Shown: positions 7,694-16,643, counted from the stretch's first letter. The stretch is DNA of 24,013 bases from Sedimentisphaerales bacterium (GCA_030630905.1 DAOVMB010000001.1:1-24013); one strand, 5' to 3'. Notes: a model not told the origin generated them from the sequence alone. Numbers and translations are program-made.

Positions 7694-9688
7694 ATGTGTG
7701 GAATAGCTGGTATCTGCCATATAGATGGTCCTGATGGTGTGTCCCTGAATAGTATCAAGAGGATGATAGGTGCTCTCTGCCATCGCGGGCCGGATGAAAC
7801 GGGGATCTATCTCGATGATCAGGTGGGATTGGGCCATGCCCGGCTGAGCATCATCGATCTGTCCTCCGGTGTGCAGCCGATTCATAATGAAGACAAAAGC
7901 CTCTGGATTGTCTATAACGGAGAAGTCTTCAACTACCCGGAATTGAAAGAAGACCTGCTGCAAAAAGGGCACCGCTTCTACACGACATCCGATACTGAGG
8001 TAGTGCTCCATCTATATGAAGAGCAGGGGCCGGATTGTCTGACACAGTTGAACGGTCAATTCGCCATAGCGATATGGGATACGAAGAAAAAAGAGCTGTT
8101 TCTGGCGCGGGACCGGGTCGGCATCAGACCATTGTACTACACGATTCTAAATAATACCGTGATTTTTGGTTCCGAAATAAAATCGATTTTTTCTAACAAG
8201 AATGTCTCTCGCCGGATTGATCCGATAGCAATGGATCAAATCTTTACTTTCTGGACAACCTTGACTCCACGAACGGTCTTCAAAGATATATATGAATTGC
8301 CGCCGGGCCACTATATGAAGACATCCGATAGCAAGGTCACCTTTAAAAAATACTGGGACATTCCTATATATCCGCGTGCCGAACAATCGGATTTGGCTCC
8401 AAAAGAAATCTGCGAGCAGGTCCGGGATCTGCTACAGGATGCAGTCAGAATTCGCCTTCGGGCTGATGTCCCTGTAGGATGTTATCTGAGCGGCGGGCTT
8501 GATTCTTCGGGGGCTGCCGCCCTGGTGGTGAGAAATTTCAATAAGGACGTTCGGACGTTCGGGATACGTTTTGATAATGACGGTTTTGATGAAGGCGAGT
8601 ATCAAAAACTAATGGTTTCGTATCTGAATGTAAATCATACTGACCTTACAGCTACAGATGAAATAATCGGAGCTTCACTTCCTGACTGCTTATGGCACTG
8701 TGAAAAGCCGCTGTTGAGGACCGGACCCGTTCCGTTGTTCTTGCTCTCGGACGTTGTGCGCAAGAGCGGTTATAAGGTCGTGCTTACCGGTGAGGGCGCG
8801 GACGAGGTCTTCGGTGGTTACAACATCTTTCGTGAGGCCAAGGTCAGGAGGTTCCTGGCGAAATATCCGGACTCACAGAGCCGAGCAGAACTTATCGGCC
8901 AGCTTTATCCATATATATTCGACAATCCAAGGCTCAAACGCACGCTGCAATCATTTTTTGCTAAGGGCCTTGATCAAATTGATGATCCGATCTTTTCACA
9001 CTTTATCAGGTGGGAGAATACAAGTAGAATCAAGACATTCTTTTCGCAGGAGCTAAACGAGGCTATCGGGCAATATGACGGTTATGAGCAGGTCAGGCAA
9101 AGTCTGCCGGAAGGTTTTGAACGAGCGGACGATTTTTCCCGAGCCCAATATCTGGAGATGGCGATATTTCTGAGCAATTATCTTCTTTCATCGCAAGGGG
9201 ACCGGGTCGCTATGGCTCATTCAGTGGAGATAAGACTGCCGTTTCTGGATACGCGTGTGATGGATTTTATGGCGAGGGTGCCTGCCAAATGGAAAATATT
9301 GGGTTTGAATGAAAAACATATCCTTAAGAAGTCCTTTGAAGGAATCCTGCCCAAAAAGATTACCAGTCGCCCGAAGAATCCTTACCGTGCCCCCATAAAG
9401 CAGAGTCTTTTAAATGAAAAGACCGCTGAATATACAAAAGAAGCATTGTCGAAGAAGTCACTAAGCAGGGCCGGTTTGTTTGATGCCGGCAAGGTAACGA
9501 AGCTGTTGCGAAAAGTTCAGGCGGTTGACAATCCGAGTGAGATTGACAGCATGGCCCTTGTAGGCCTTTTGTCCTCTCAACTCATTCATCGTCAATTTGT
9601 TCAGAATTTCCCGGCGAGACCTGATAATCCGGTTTCTCCCGCTCTTATTGTGGACAGGAGATCTGAGGCTTTAAGGGCCGTAAGTTGA
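7694..9688 (+). CDS. asnB: Asparagine synthase (glutamine-hydrolysing) family amidotransferase
   Basis: MCGIAG (N-terminal nucleophile Cys), HRGPD, GHARLSIID, YNGEVFN, SDTEV, RDRVGIRPLYY, LSGGLDSS (PP-loop), TGEGADEVFGGY, DRVAMAHSVEIRLPFLD. Confidence 0.94.
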   Translation: MCGIAGICHIDGPDGVSLNSIKRMIGALCHRGPDETGIYLDDQVGLGHARLSIIDLSSGVQPIHNEDKSLWIVYNGEVFNYPELKEDLLQKGHRFYTTSDTEVVLHLYEEQGPDCLTQLNGQFAIAIWDTKKKELFLARDRVGIRPLYYTILNNTVIFGSEIKSIFSNKNVSRRIDPIAMDQIFTFWTTLTPRTVFKDIYELPPGHYMKTSDSKVTFKKYWDIPIYPRAEQSDLAPKEICEQVRDLLQDAVRIRLRADVPVGCYLSGGLDSSGAAALVVRNFNKDVRTFGIRFDNDGFDEGEYQKLMVSYLNVNHTDLTATDEIIGASLPDCLWHCEKPLLRTGPVPLFLLSDVVRKSGYKVVLTGEGADEVFGGYNIFREAKVRRFLAKYPDSQSRAELIGQLYPYIFDNPRLKRTLQSFFAKGLDQIDDPIFSHFIRWENTSRIKTFFSQELNEAIGQYDGYEQVRQSLPEGFERADDFSRAQYLEMAIFLSNYLLSSQGDRVAMAHSVEIRLPFLDTRVMDFMARVPAKWKILGLNEKHILKKSFEGILPKKITSRPKNPYRAPIKQSLLNEKTAEYTKEALSKKSLSRAGLFDAGKVTKLLRKVQAVDNPSEIDSMALVGLLSSQLIHRQFVQNFPARPDNPVSPALIVDRRSEALRAVS

Positions 9689-9751
9689 AGGTAAATAGAC
9701 ATTGTCCGTAATCTATGACTTGCAGACATATTTTGAGTTTTGGAGATTACT

Positions 9752-10714
9752 ATGGAGTTTCACAAAGATATTCTCAAGCTTGACAGCAAAAGCGAGGTTG
9801 AACGTATTTGCGAATTCATTCAGAAAGAACTACGCGATATGAAGCGTGATGGTATTGTAGTCGGGCTAAGCGGCGGTATCGATTCTGCATTATGTGCCGC
9901 TCTTTGTGTCAAAGCATTAGGTAAAGACAAAGTGTTTGGATTGATTCTTCCTGAGAAAGAATCCAATCCTGTAAGTGCTGAATATGCAGCCAGACATGCC
10001 CAAAACCTGGGTGTAGAAACAGAGACGGTTGACATAACACCTACACTCGAAGCTTTTGGGACCTATCGTAAGAGAGATAACGTGATAAGAGAAGTCTTTC
10101 CCGAGTATGACAGTGAGTCCAAGTCGAAAATTACTCTTCCAGCCGACTTACTCTCCAAAGATTCCTTTAACTTCTTTACTCTGAGAATAGACGATGGCAA
10201 AGGCAATGTGAAATCGGCAAGACTAAACAAGAAATCGCTCAATGGAATAGTAGCTGCAACCGATACCAAGCAGAGAACAAGAATGATGCATCTTTATTAT
10301 TATGCGGAAATGAAGAATTATATTGTATGCGGCACAACCAACAAAACTGAAGTCCTGGAAGGATTCTTTGTAAAATACGGAGATGGCGGAGTGGATATTG
10401 AGCCGCTCAGTCATCTCTATAAAGCCCAGGTATATCAACTTTCGGAATACCTTGGAGTAATTCGTGAAATCATAGAAAGAGCTCCGAGTCCGGACACGTG
10501 GAGTTTCCAGGTAAGCGATGAGGAATTCTATTTTCGCATCCCCTACGAAAAACTCGATCTTCTACTTTATGCGTGGCAAAACAAAATTCCTACTGAAAAA
10601 GTCTGTGAAGTTATGGATCTAAGCGCAGAGCAGGTAAAAAGAGCTATGAGAGATTTTAATGCCAAATACAATGCGACCAAGCACCTCAGGCAGTTACCGC
10701 CGACACTTGAATAG
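9752..10714 (+). CDS. nadE: NH3-dependent NAD+ synthetase-like (NadE-fold) ATP pyrophosphatase with a large internal insertion
   Basis: VVGLSGGIDS, KQRTRMMHLYYYA, GTTNKTE, GFFVKYGDGGVDIEPL..LYK.QV, APSPD. No nitrilase/glutaminase domain. GGAG RBS at 9742-9745 supports ATG 9752. Confidence 0.85.
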   Translation: MEFHKDILKLDSKSEVERICEFIQKELRDMKRDGIVVGLSGGIDSALCAALCVKALGKDKVFGLILPEKESNPVSAEYAARHAQNLGVETETVDITPTLEAFGTYRKRDNVIREVFPEYDSESKSKITLPADLLSKDSFNFFTLRIDDGKGNVKSARLNKKSLNGIVAATDTKQRTRMMHLYYYAEMKNYIVCGTTNKTEVLEGFFVKYGDGGVDIEPLSHLYKAQVYQLSEYLGVIREIIERAPSPDTWSFQVSDEEFYFRIPYEKLDLLLYAWQNKIPTEKVCEVMDLSAEQVKRAMRDFNAKYNATKHLRQLPPTLE

Positions 10715-10751
10715 GTAGATCGAATTATTTGTAGCTAAGACGAAGGAACTA

Positions 10752-12380
10752 TTGGATTCAAAAGGATATTTACAAATGATTGAATTCGACCCGACATTAG
10801 TGCATGAGTGGCTTTCCCGCTCTGCTCGGCGTTTTCAGGATAAAGTGGCTCTCGTATGTGGCGAGCAGCGGTGGACTTATAAGGCTCTTGACCAGCGTGC
10901 CGACCATTTGGCTACGGCTTTGCTGGATGCCGGAGTTCGCCGACAGGATAGAGTTGCCGTGTTCCTGGATAATTGTGCCGAAACCGTAATTTCGTTGTAC
11001 GGCATTTTGAAAGCCGGCGGTGTATTTATTATATTAGCCGGCTCGCTCAAGGGCGCAAAATTACGCTATATCCTGGAGAACTCAGGCACCAATATTTTGA
11101 TTGCCCATACAAGCAAAGCCAGGGTAGTAAGTGATGCGTTGGGCGAAGGGATCGGGGAGCGTAAGTTAATATGGGTTGGGCCGACGAAACGAATCCCGGA
11201 ACAGTTTTCGAAATCTTCGCTGGGCTGGGACGAAATATTTTCAGACTTTGTCGATAAAATCGCAGATGGTGAAAAGGACTGCCGGTTACCTCGCTGTATT
11301 GATGTGGATTTGGCCACTCTTATTTATACATCGGGCTCCACAGGTGAGCCTAAGGGCGTTATGTCAACGCACCACAATATGATCTCGGCGGCACGAAGTA
11401 TCATTCAGTATATAGGAAACGTTGAAGATGATATTATACTGGATGTCTTGCCTCTTTCATTCGATTACGGCCTCTATCAGGTTATCATGGCCTTCATGTT
11501 TGGCGGCACAGTGGTTCTGGAGAAGTCCTTCCTCTACCTTCACAGCATTCTGGAGCGAATCGCTCAGGAGAAGGTAACCGGATTTCCCATCGTACCTACG
11601 ATTGTTGCTATGCTGCTGAAGCTACAGAATTTGAAAAAATACGATTTCAGCACGCTTCGATACATGACTAACACCGGAGCGGCGCTTCCGGTCGAGCATA
11701 TTCGCAGGCTCAGGGACATGTTCCCTCAGATGACCATGATTTCCATGTTCGGACTGACCGAGTGCAAGCGGGTCAGTTACCTGCCGCCCGAAGAGCTGGA
11801 CCGAATACCTTCGTCGGTCGGAAAAGCGATGCCGAACTGCGAGGTCTTTGTCGTCGATGAAAATGGCGGCGAGGTCGCCCCTGGCGAAACAGGAGAGTTA
11901 ATTATAAGAGGCTCGAATGTAATGCAGGGCTACTGGGCGGACCCGGAAATGACCGCCGGGACCTACCGAGACGGACAATATCCAAGTGGGAGAATTCTCC
12001 ATTCCGGCGATTACTTCCGCCAGGATGAGCGCGGCTTTCTTTATTTTCTGGGCAGAAAAGATGACATGATTAAGAGCAAGGGCGAGCGGATAAGCGCTAA
12101 GGAAGTGGAGAATAATATTTCCAGTATGGAAGGTGTTGCGGAAGTGGCGGTCATCGGAGTGCCGGACGAGATTTTCGGCCAGGCAATTAAGGCCTATATT
12201 GTGCCGGCACCGGATGTTGAGCTGCCTGAAAAGCAGGTGCTGAAATTCTGTGCTGCAAATATGGAAACCTTCATGGTTCCGAAATACATCGAGTTTATGG
12301 ACAGTCTGCCCAAAACGCCGAACGGTAAAATCGACAAGAAGCAACTCAAAGCAAAGGCCGAAGCGGGCATCTCAGATTAA
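10752..12380 (+). CDS. Class I adenylate-forming (AMP-binding) ligase, resembling the exosortase-associated acyl-CoA ligase family
   Basis: YTSGSTGEPKGVM, LPLSFDYG, MFGLTE, SVGK, LHSGD, GRKDDMIKSKGERIS, LPKTPNGKIDK (terminal catalytic Lys). Start is TTG 10752 or ATG 10776, both preceded by AGGA. Confidence 0.92.
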   Translation: MDSKGYLQMIEFDPTLVHEWLSRSARRFQDKVALVCGEQRWTYKALDQRADHLATALLDAGVRRQDRVAVFLDNCAETVISLYGILKAGGVFIILAGSLKGAKLRYILENSGTNILIAHTSKARVVSDALGEGIGERKLIWVGPTKRIPEQFSKSSLGWDEIFSDFVDKIADGEKDCRLPRCIDVDLATLIYTSGSTGEPKGVMSTHHNMISAARSIIQYIGNVEDDIILDVLPLSFDYGLYQVIMAFMFGGTVVLEKSFLYLHSILERIAQEKVTGFPIVPTIVAMLLKLQNLKKYDFSTLRYMTNTGAALPVEHIRRLRDMFPQMTMISMFGLTECKRVSYLPPEELDRIPSSVGKAMPNCEVFVVDENGGEVAPGETGELIIRGSNVMQGYWADPEMTAGTYRDGQYPSGRILHSGDYFRQDERGFLYFLGRKDDMIKSKGERISAKEVENNISSMEGVAEVAVIGVPDEIFGQAIKAYIVPAPDVELPEKQVLKFCAANMETFMVPKYIEFMDSLPKTPNGKIDKKQLKAKAEAGISD

Positions 12381-12403
12381 CGGGAGATACAACTGACAGT
12401 CTT

Positions 12404-13654
12404 ATGGCAAGCGGAATAAAATTATCCAAAGATATGAATTTGTTCGAGTCTTACGGACGCCTTATCAATCCGGCATATCCTTCATTCTTGAACAAACTGG
12501 GATTGAACAAAGTCGCTACAGGAGCACAGGGAGCTACAATCACCGATTCGGAGGGCAATACTTATATAGATTGTGTCGGAGGGTACGGTTTATTCAACTT
12601 AGGGCACAATAATCCGGATATTATCGAATCCCTCACGGATCAATTGAAAGAGCAGCAGTTGTTGACAAAACCGCTCATTAGTGAAATTCAGGTTAGATTG
12701 GCTGAGTGTATCGAGAAAATTACACCCGGTGAACTTAGCTGCTCCTTTATCCTTAACAGCGGATCGGAAGCCATAGACTGTGCCATTAAGTTAGTCAGAC
12801 TTCACAGGGGCGGAAAAACAATTATAACAGCGCAAAAGTCTTTTCACGGTCATACATTTGGTGCGCTTACAGCCTCGGGTATCCCTTCTTTCAAGAGAGC
12901 TTTTCAGCCGCTTTTGCCTGGTTTTATTAGCGTTCCTTTTGGTGATATCGAAGCCCTGAAGCAGTCAATATCAGCGGATACCGGAGCAGTCTTGATCGAG
13001 CCGATTCAACACGAAGCGGGTATACTCTTGCCCCTGAATGGCTATCTTCAAAAGGTGCGGAAACTGTGTGATGAGCACGGCCTCATTATGATATTGGATG
13101 AGATAAAAACCGGATTTGGCAAAACAGGCCGGATGTTCGCATGTGAACATTATAATGTAGTGCCTGACATACTCGTGTTAGGCAAATCCCTGGGCGGTGG
13201 ATTGATTCCAACCGGAGCGGTCATTGCCAAAAGTCATCTTTGGAAGAGATTCGGCCTGAGTTTCCCCATGTCCGCCTCATCTTATGCCGGTAATGTACTT
13301 GCCTGCCGGGCGGGCCTTTCAACAATCCGGTATATACAACAGGGTAGTCTGCTGGCCGACTGTGCAGAAAAGGGCAAGATGCTCCTGCGTTCGTTAAGAG
13401 ATTGTGTCGGTGAATACCCGAATATTCTGCGGTCTGCTGAAGGATTGGGTCTTTTGATTGGAATAGAAACGCAAAGTGGCAAGATAGCACTCGAACTGGC
13501 AAAAGAAATGATCCGGCAGAGAATTATAATGGTACCGGCTTTCGGCAATTCATCTGTCCTGATGGTCGAGCCGCCATTAGTTATATCATTTCAGCAAATT
13601 CGAGCGGTTGTAGATTCGTTTGCAGCCGCATGTGTAAATGTGAGCAATAAATAA
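12404..13654 (+). CDS. Class III PLP-dependent aminotransferase (PatA/ArgD-like)
   Basis: YIDCVGGYGLFNLGHNNP, NSGSEA, SFHG, IEPIQ.E.G, DEIKTGFGKTG, GKSLGGG (PLP Lys), EPPL. Confidence 0.9.
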   Translation: MASGIKLSKDMNLFESYGRLINPAYPSFLNKLGLNKVATGAQGATITDSEGNTYIDCVGGYGLFNLGHNNPDIIESLTDQLKEQQLLTKPLISEIQVRLAECIEKITPGELSCSFILNSGSEAIDCAIKLVRLHRGGKTIITAQKSFHGHTFGALTASGIPSFKRAFQPLLPGFISVPFGDIEALKQSISADTGAVLIEPIQHEAGILLPLNGYLQKVRKLCDEHGLIMILDEIKTGFGKTGRMFACEHYNVVPDILVLGKSLGGGLIPTGAVIAKSHLWKRFGLSFPMSASSYAGNVLACRAGLSTIRYIQQGSLLADCAEKGKMLLRSLRDCVGEYPNILRSAEGLGLLIGIETQSGKIALELAKEMIRQRIIMVPAFGNSSVLMVEPPLVISFQQIRAVVDSFAAACVNVSNK

Positions 13655-13674
13655 AAGGAGTAGGTGGTAGCTTT

Positions 13675-14670
13675 ATGCAAACATGTAAAAAATGTGTATT
13701 GAACGAACGTTTTATAGGGATTCGGTTTGATGATGATGGTATCTGTAACTTTTGCCGCTCGGCAAAGAGTCCGGATCAACAGCGATCCATCAGGGGTAAA
13801 TATGAAGCCAGATTTCAGAAACTTATTGAAGAGCACAAAGGCAAGGGCAGCTACGATGCTCTGGTGGCCTACAGTGGTGGCAAGGACAGCACATACACCC
13901 TCCACTTGTTACAGGAGCGGTACGATCTGAGACTATTGGCGTACTCCTTTGACAACTGGTTTCAGTCGGACAGGGCCAAGCTAAATATCCGTGCTGTACT
14001 GAGCAATATTAACGTGGATCATTTGACGGTAACGCCGAGCTTCGAGAGTATAAAAAAGATTGTTCTGGCTTCCATGTCCAAAGATATGTACTCGGCCAAG
14101 GCGATGACAAGGGCGTCCAGTATATGCACGAGCTGTATTTCTCTGGTACGATTTATCGGTTTCAGGCTTACTATCGAGCAGGAGATTCCCTTTCTGATAT
14201 TCGGGATGTCGCCGGGTCAGGCGCCGATGGCTACGGCAGTAGTTAAAACAAATCCCCAGATGATAAGAACAATGCAGGAAACACTGCTGCGTCCTCTGTC
14301 CGATCGGTTGGGTGATATTATCAAACCCTTCTTCCTGGAGCAAAGGCACTTTGACAAGGTAGAAGATTTTCCGTACAGCATCAATCCACTGGCGTTTGTA
14401 GACTACGATGAGGATGTGATTTATGAGACTGCGGACAAATACGGATGGAAAAAGCCCGATGACACAGACGCCAACTCCACCAACTGCCTGTTGAATGCTC
14501 TGGCTAACCAGGTTCACCTGGATCAGTTAGGCGTCAATCCTTATGCTTATGAGATAGCTGAATTGGTTCGCGTCGGGTGTATGACAAGAGAGCAGGGATT
14601 AGCCAGGTTGGCGGAACCTTTCCCGGCCGAGCAAATTGCGGCGGTGAAGAAACAGCTCGGAATCGGTTGA
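13675..14670 (+). CDS. PP-loop ATPase, N-acetyl-sugar amidotransferase (WbuX/WbpG/PseA-like) family
   Basis: N-terminal CKKC...CNFC, YDALVAYSGGKDS, C-terminal Y..IAELVRVG.MTREQGL. AGGAG/AGGTGG upstream. Confidence 0.75.
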   Translation: MQTCKKCVLNERFIGIRFDDDGICNFCRSAKSPDQQRSIRGKYEARFQKLIEEHKGKGSYDALVAYSGGKDSTYTLHLLQERYDLRLLAYSFDNWFQSDRAKLNIRAVLSNINVDHLTVTPSFESIKKIVLASMSKDMYSAKAMTRASSICTSCISLVRFIGFRLTIEQEIPFLIFGMSPGQAPMATAVVKTNPQMIRTMQETLLRPLSDRLGDIIKPFFLEQRHFDKVEDFPYSINPLAFVDYDEDVIYETADKYGWKKPDDTDANSTNCLLNALANQVHLDQLGVNPYAYEIAELVRVGCMTREQGLARLAEPFPAEQIAAVKKQLGIG

Positions 14671-14678
14671 TTCATTAC

Positions 14679-15548
14679 ATGAAGGTCAGGTCACTTCAGA
14701 TATTCATAGCTGTAGCAGCTTTCTCGGCTGTTGGGATTCTGACAATGGTTATAACAAGAATGAAAACGAGGACAGACTCTAATAAAATAGCACTGCCGTC
14801 GATTGATGATGTACCCAAAGAATATTGGGCGAAACTTGCTGAGAAGAAGATTTTCTTCGGGCATCAATCAGTCGGGTACAACATTATTGGTGGAATCACG
14901 GATATCATAAACGAGCGAGACTATATAAAACTCAATGTCATAGAAGCACGCGAACCTGCGGCTTTTGACCAACCTGTTTTTGCTCATTCCCAGGTAGGTA
15001 TGAACACGGATCCTTTCTCGAAGATCAAACGCTTTGGGGAAATAATGGATGCCGGCGTCGGGAGCAAAGCCGATATAGCGTTTTTCAAGTTCTGCTATGT
15101 TGATATTATGCGGAATTCGGATCCGCAGGAAATCTTCGATGGTTATCGTGCCGTAATGAAAGAATTGAAGGACCGATATCCCAGTACAAAGTTCCTGCAC
15201 GTAACTGTTCCGATACGTTCGGCGCCAAAGGGAGCCAAGAGAAATCTGAAACAGACAGTTAAGTCGTTAATTGGCAAACCAGGTGTTCTGGACGATAACA
15301 TGATGCGCCAGTGTTATAATAAGTTGTTAAGGAACGCTTACTCTAAAACGGAACCTTTCTTCGACCTGGCCCTGATAGAATCTATCAATCCGGACGGTTT
15401 TGGTTGTCACGTTGTAAAAGGAGCGGAGAAAGTTAATGTCATGGCGCCTGAATACACCGAAGATGGTGGACACCTTAATAGCCGGGGCGGGAAAATGGTG
15501 GCTGAGCAGTTGCTGATAATCCTCGCAGAAATGGCGAGCCGCTCTTAG
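14679..15548 (+). CDS. Membrane-anchored SGNH/GDSL-like hydrolase or transacylase (putative)
   Basis: One N-terminal hydrophobic segment (IFIAVAAFSAVGILTMVI). IFFGHQSVG sits at the block-I position (14859-14870) and EDGGHLN..G matches the block-V DxxH (15462-15473). Block III is non-canonical (KFCYVD). Start placed at ATG 14679, 8 nt after the upstream stop. Confidence 0.6.
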   Translation: MKVRSLQIFIAVAAFSAVGILTMVITRMKTRTDSNKIALPSIDDVPKEYWAKLAEKKIFFGHQSVGYNIIGGITDIINERDYIKLNVIEAREPAAFDQPVFAHSQVGMNTDPFSKIKRFGEIMDAGVGSKADIAFFKFCYVDIMRNSDPQEIFDGYRAVMKELKDRYPSTKFLHVTVPIRSAPKGAKRNLKQTVKSLIGKPGVLDDNMMRQCYNKLLRNAYSKTEPFFDLALIESINPDGFGCHVVKGAEKVNVMAPEYTEDGGHLNSRGGKMVAEQLLIILAEMASRS

Positions 15549-15595
15549 ATGTATATTACATATGTTTTTATTGTTGTATTTTTGGAAGCAAAGAA

Positions 15596-16618
15596 TTGAA
15601 CTCATTTGTTGAAAACCAAACTGTTAAAACACTGTTTCAATCGATAGCCGGAGTCAAGCCGGCGGTTGTTTCCCGACAGCCCCGGATAGCCAATATAGAA
15701 CGGTTGCGTATTGTCTCTGCGTTCGGCATTGCCTCCTTTCATACCCATGATTGGTTTCCGCGGAGCATTGGTGTGGCTGGTTTTATTATTCTGTTGCTGA
15801 GTTATTGTGCCTTTGTTGTAAACAAGCCTGAACCATACGGCATCGCCGAGGTGGCAAGACGAAAGGCGCGACGTCTTCTTAAACCATGGTTGTTTTGGTC
15901 GATCATATATGGTGGCCTCGGATTAGCAAAGATGGTTTATGAGAACGTATCGTTTTCAGATGTTTTTTCTCCGACGATGCTTTTGACCGGAACTCGAATA
16001 CATCTATGGTTTCTGCCTTTTGCTTTCGTTGCCGCTTTATTTCTCACTTTGATACATCGAAGAATAGTAGGTATTGCTGACTCATTTACGATTACAACTG
16101 CAATTTCAATCGGGGCTTTATGTATATTTGGCTGTTCAGTTATCCAGTCCCGGCTTCACCCTCCAACGCCGCTGGCTCAATGGACTTTGGGATTGCCGGT
16201 AATACCTCTTGGTTTTGCTATTGGCCGGATCAAGATTTTGCAGAGAACCGAAGACAGAAAAAAGTATTTCGTATTCGTAATTCTTTCGACTTTGACGGCA
16301 TGTGTGGGATGTATGGTGTTTGACCGGTTAAGCTATGGGATATGGTTGAATTACAGCAGCAAATTTGCGATTCGATACTTTGTTTCTTTGATAATATTCT
16401 GTTCTGCATTGCATTGGCGAGGCAAGTTGGATCTGGTTTCAGTGAATTTGGCATCGTTATCATACGGCATTTATCTTGTTCATCCCTTGGTATTGGTTTT
16501 TTTATATCGATTTGGTATAGCTATGCAGCATCCATTTTTGTTGCTGTTTATAGTATTGTCTATTTCGTTACTGATAACATTTGTTCTTAAGAAAACGCCG
16601 TTGAAACAGTTTGTTTGA
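15596..16618 (+). CDS. Acyltransferase family 3 (OafA/NodX-like) polytopic membrane acyltransferase
   Basis: RIANIERLRIVS..GI..FH (R..xD/ExLR motif), RRKARRLLKPWLFWS, HLWFLP, SYGIYLVHP, about 10 hydrophobic segments. The TTG start is uncertain. Confidence 0.8.
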   Translation: MNSFVENQTVKTLFQSIAGVKPAVVSRQPRIANIERLRIVSAFGIASFHTHDWFPRSIGVAGFIILLLSYCAFVVNKPEPYGIAEVARRKARRLLKPWLFWSIIYGGLGLAKMVYENVSFSDVFSPTMLLTGTRIHLWFLPFAFVAALFLTLIHRRIVGIADSFTITTAISIGALCIFGCSVIQSRLHPPTPLAQWTLGLPVIPLGFAIGRIKILQRTEDRKKYFVFVILSTLTACVGCMVFDRLSYGIWLNYSSKFAIRYFVSLIIFCSALHWRGKLDLVSVNLASLSYGIYLVHPLVLVFLYRFGIAMQHPFLLLFIVLSISLLITFVLKKTPLKQFV

Positions 16619-16643
16619 TATCGACAGGGCCGAAAGTATCTAA

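Noticed and set aside
7694-10714. Literal housekeeping roles (asparagine and NAD biosynthesis) for asnB and nadE
   Set aside because: Their position between an ACP and an AMP-ligase in a glycan locus, plus the NadE insertion, argue for specialised paralogues. The symbols are given at family level only.
15549-15565. Short inverted repeats ATGTA-TAT-TACAT and ACATATGT in the gap before the AT3 gene
   Set aside because: They are very short, in AT-rich sequence and not repeated elsewhere, consistent with chance.
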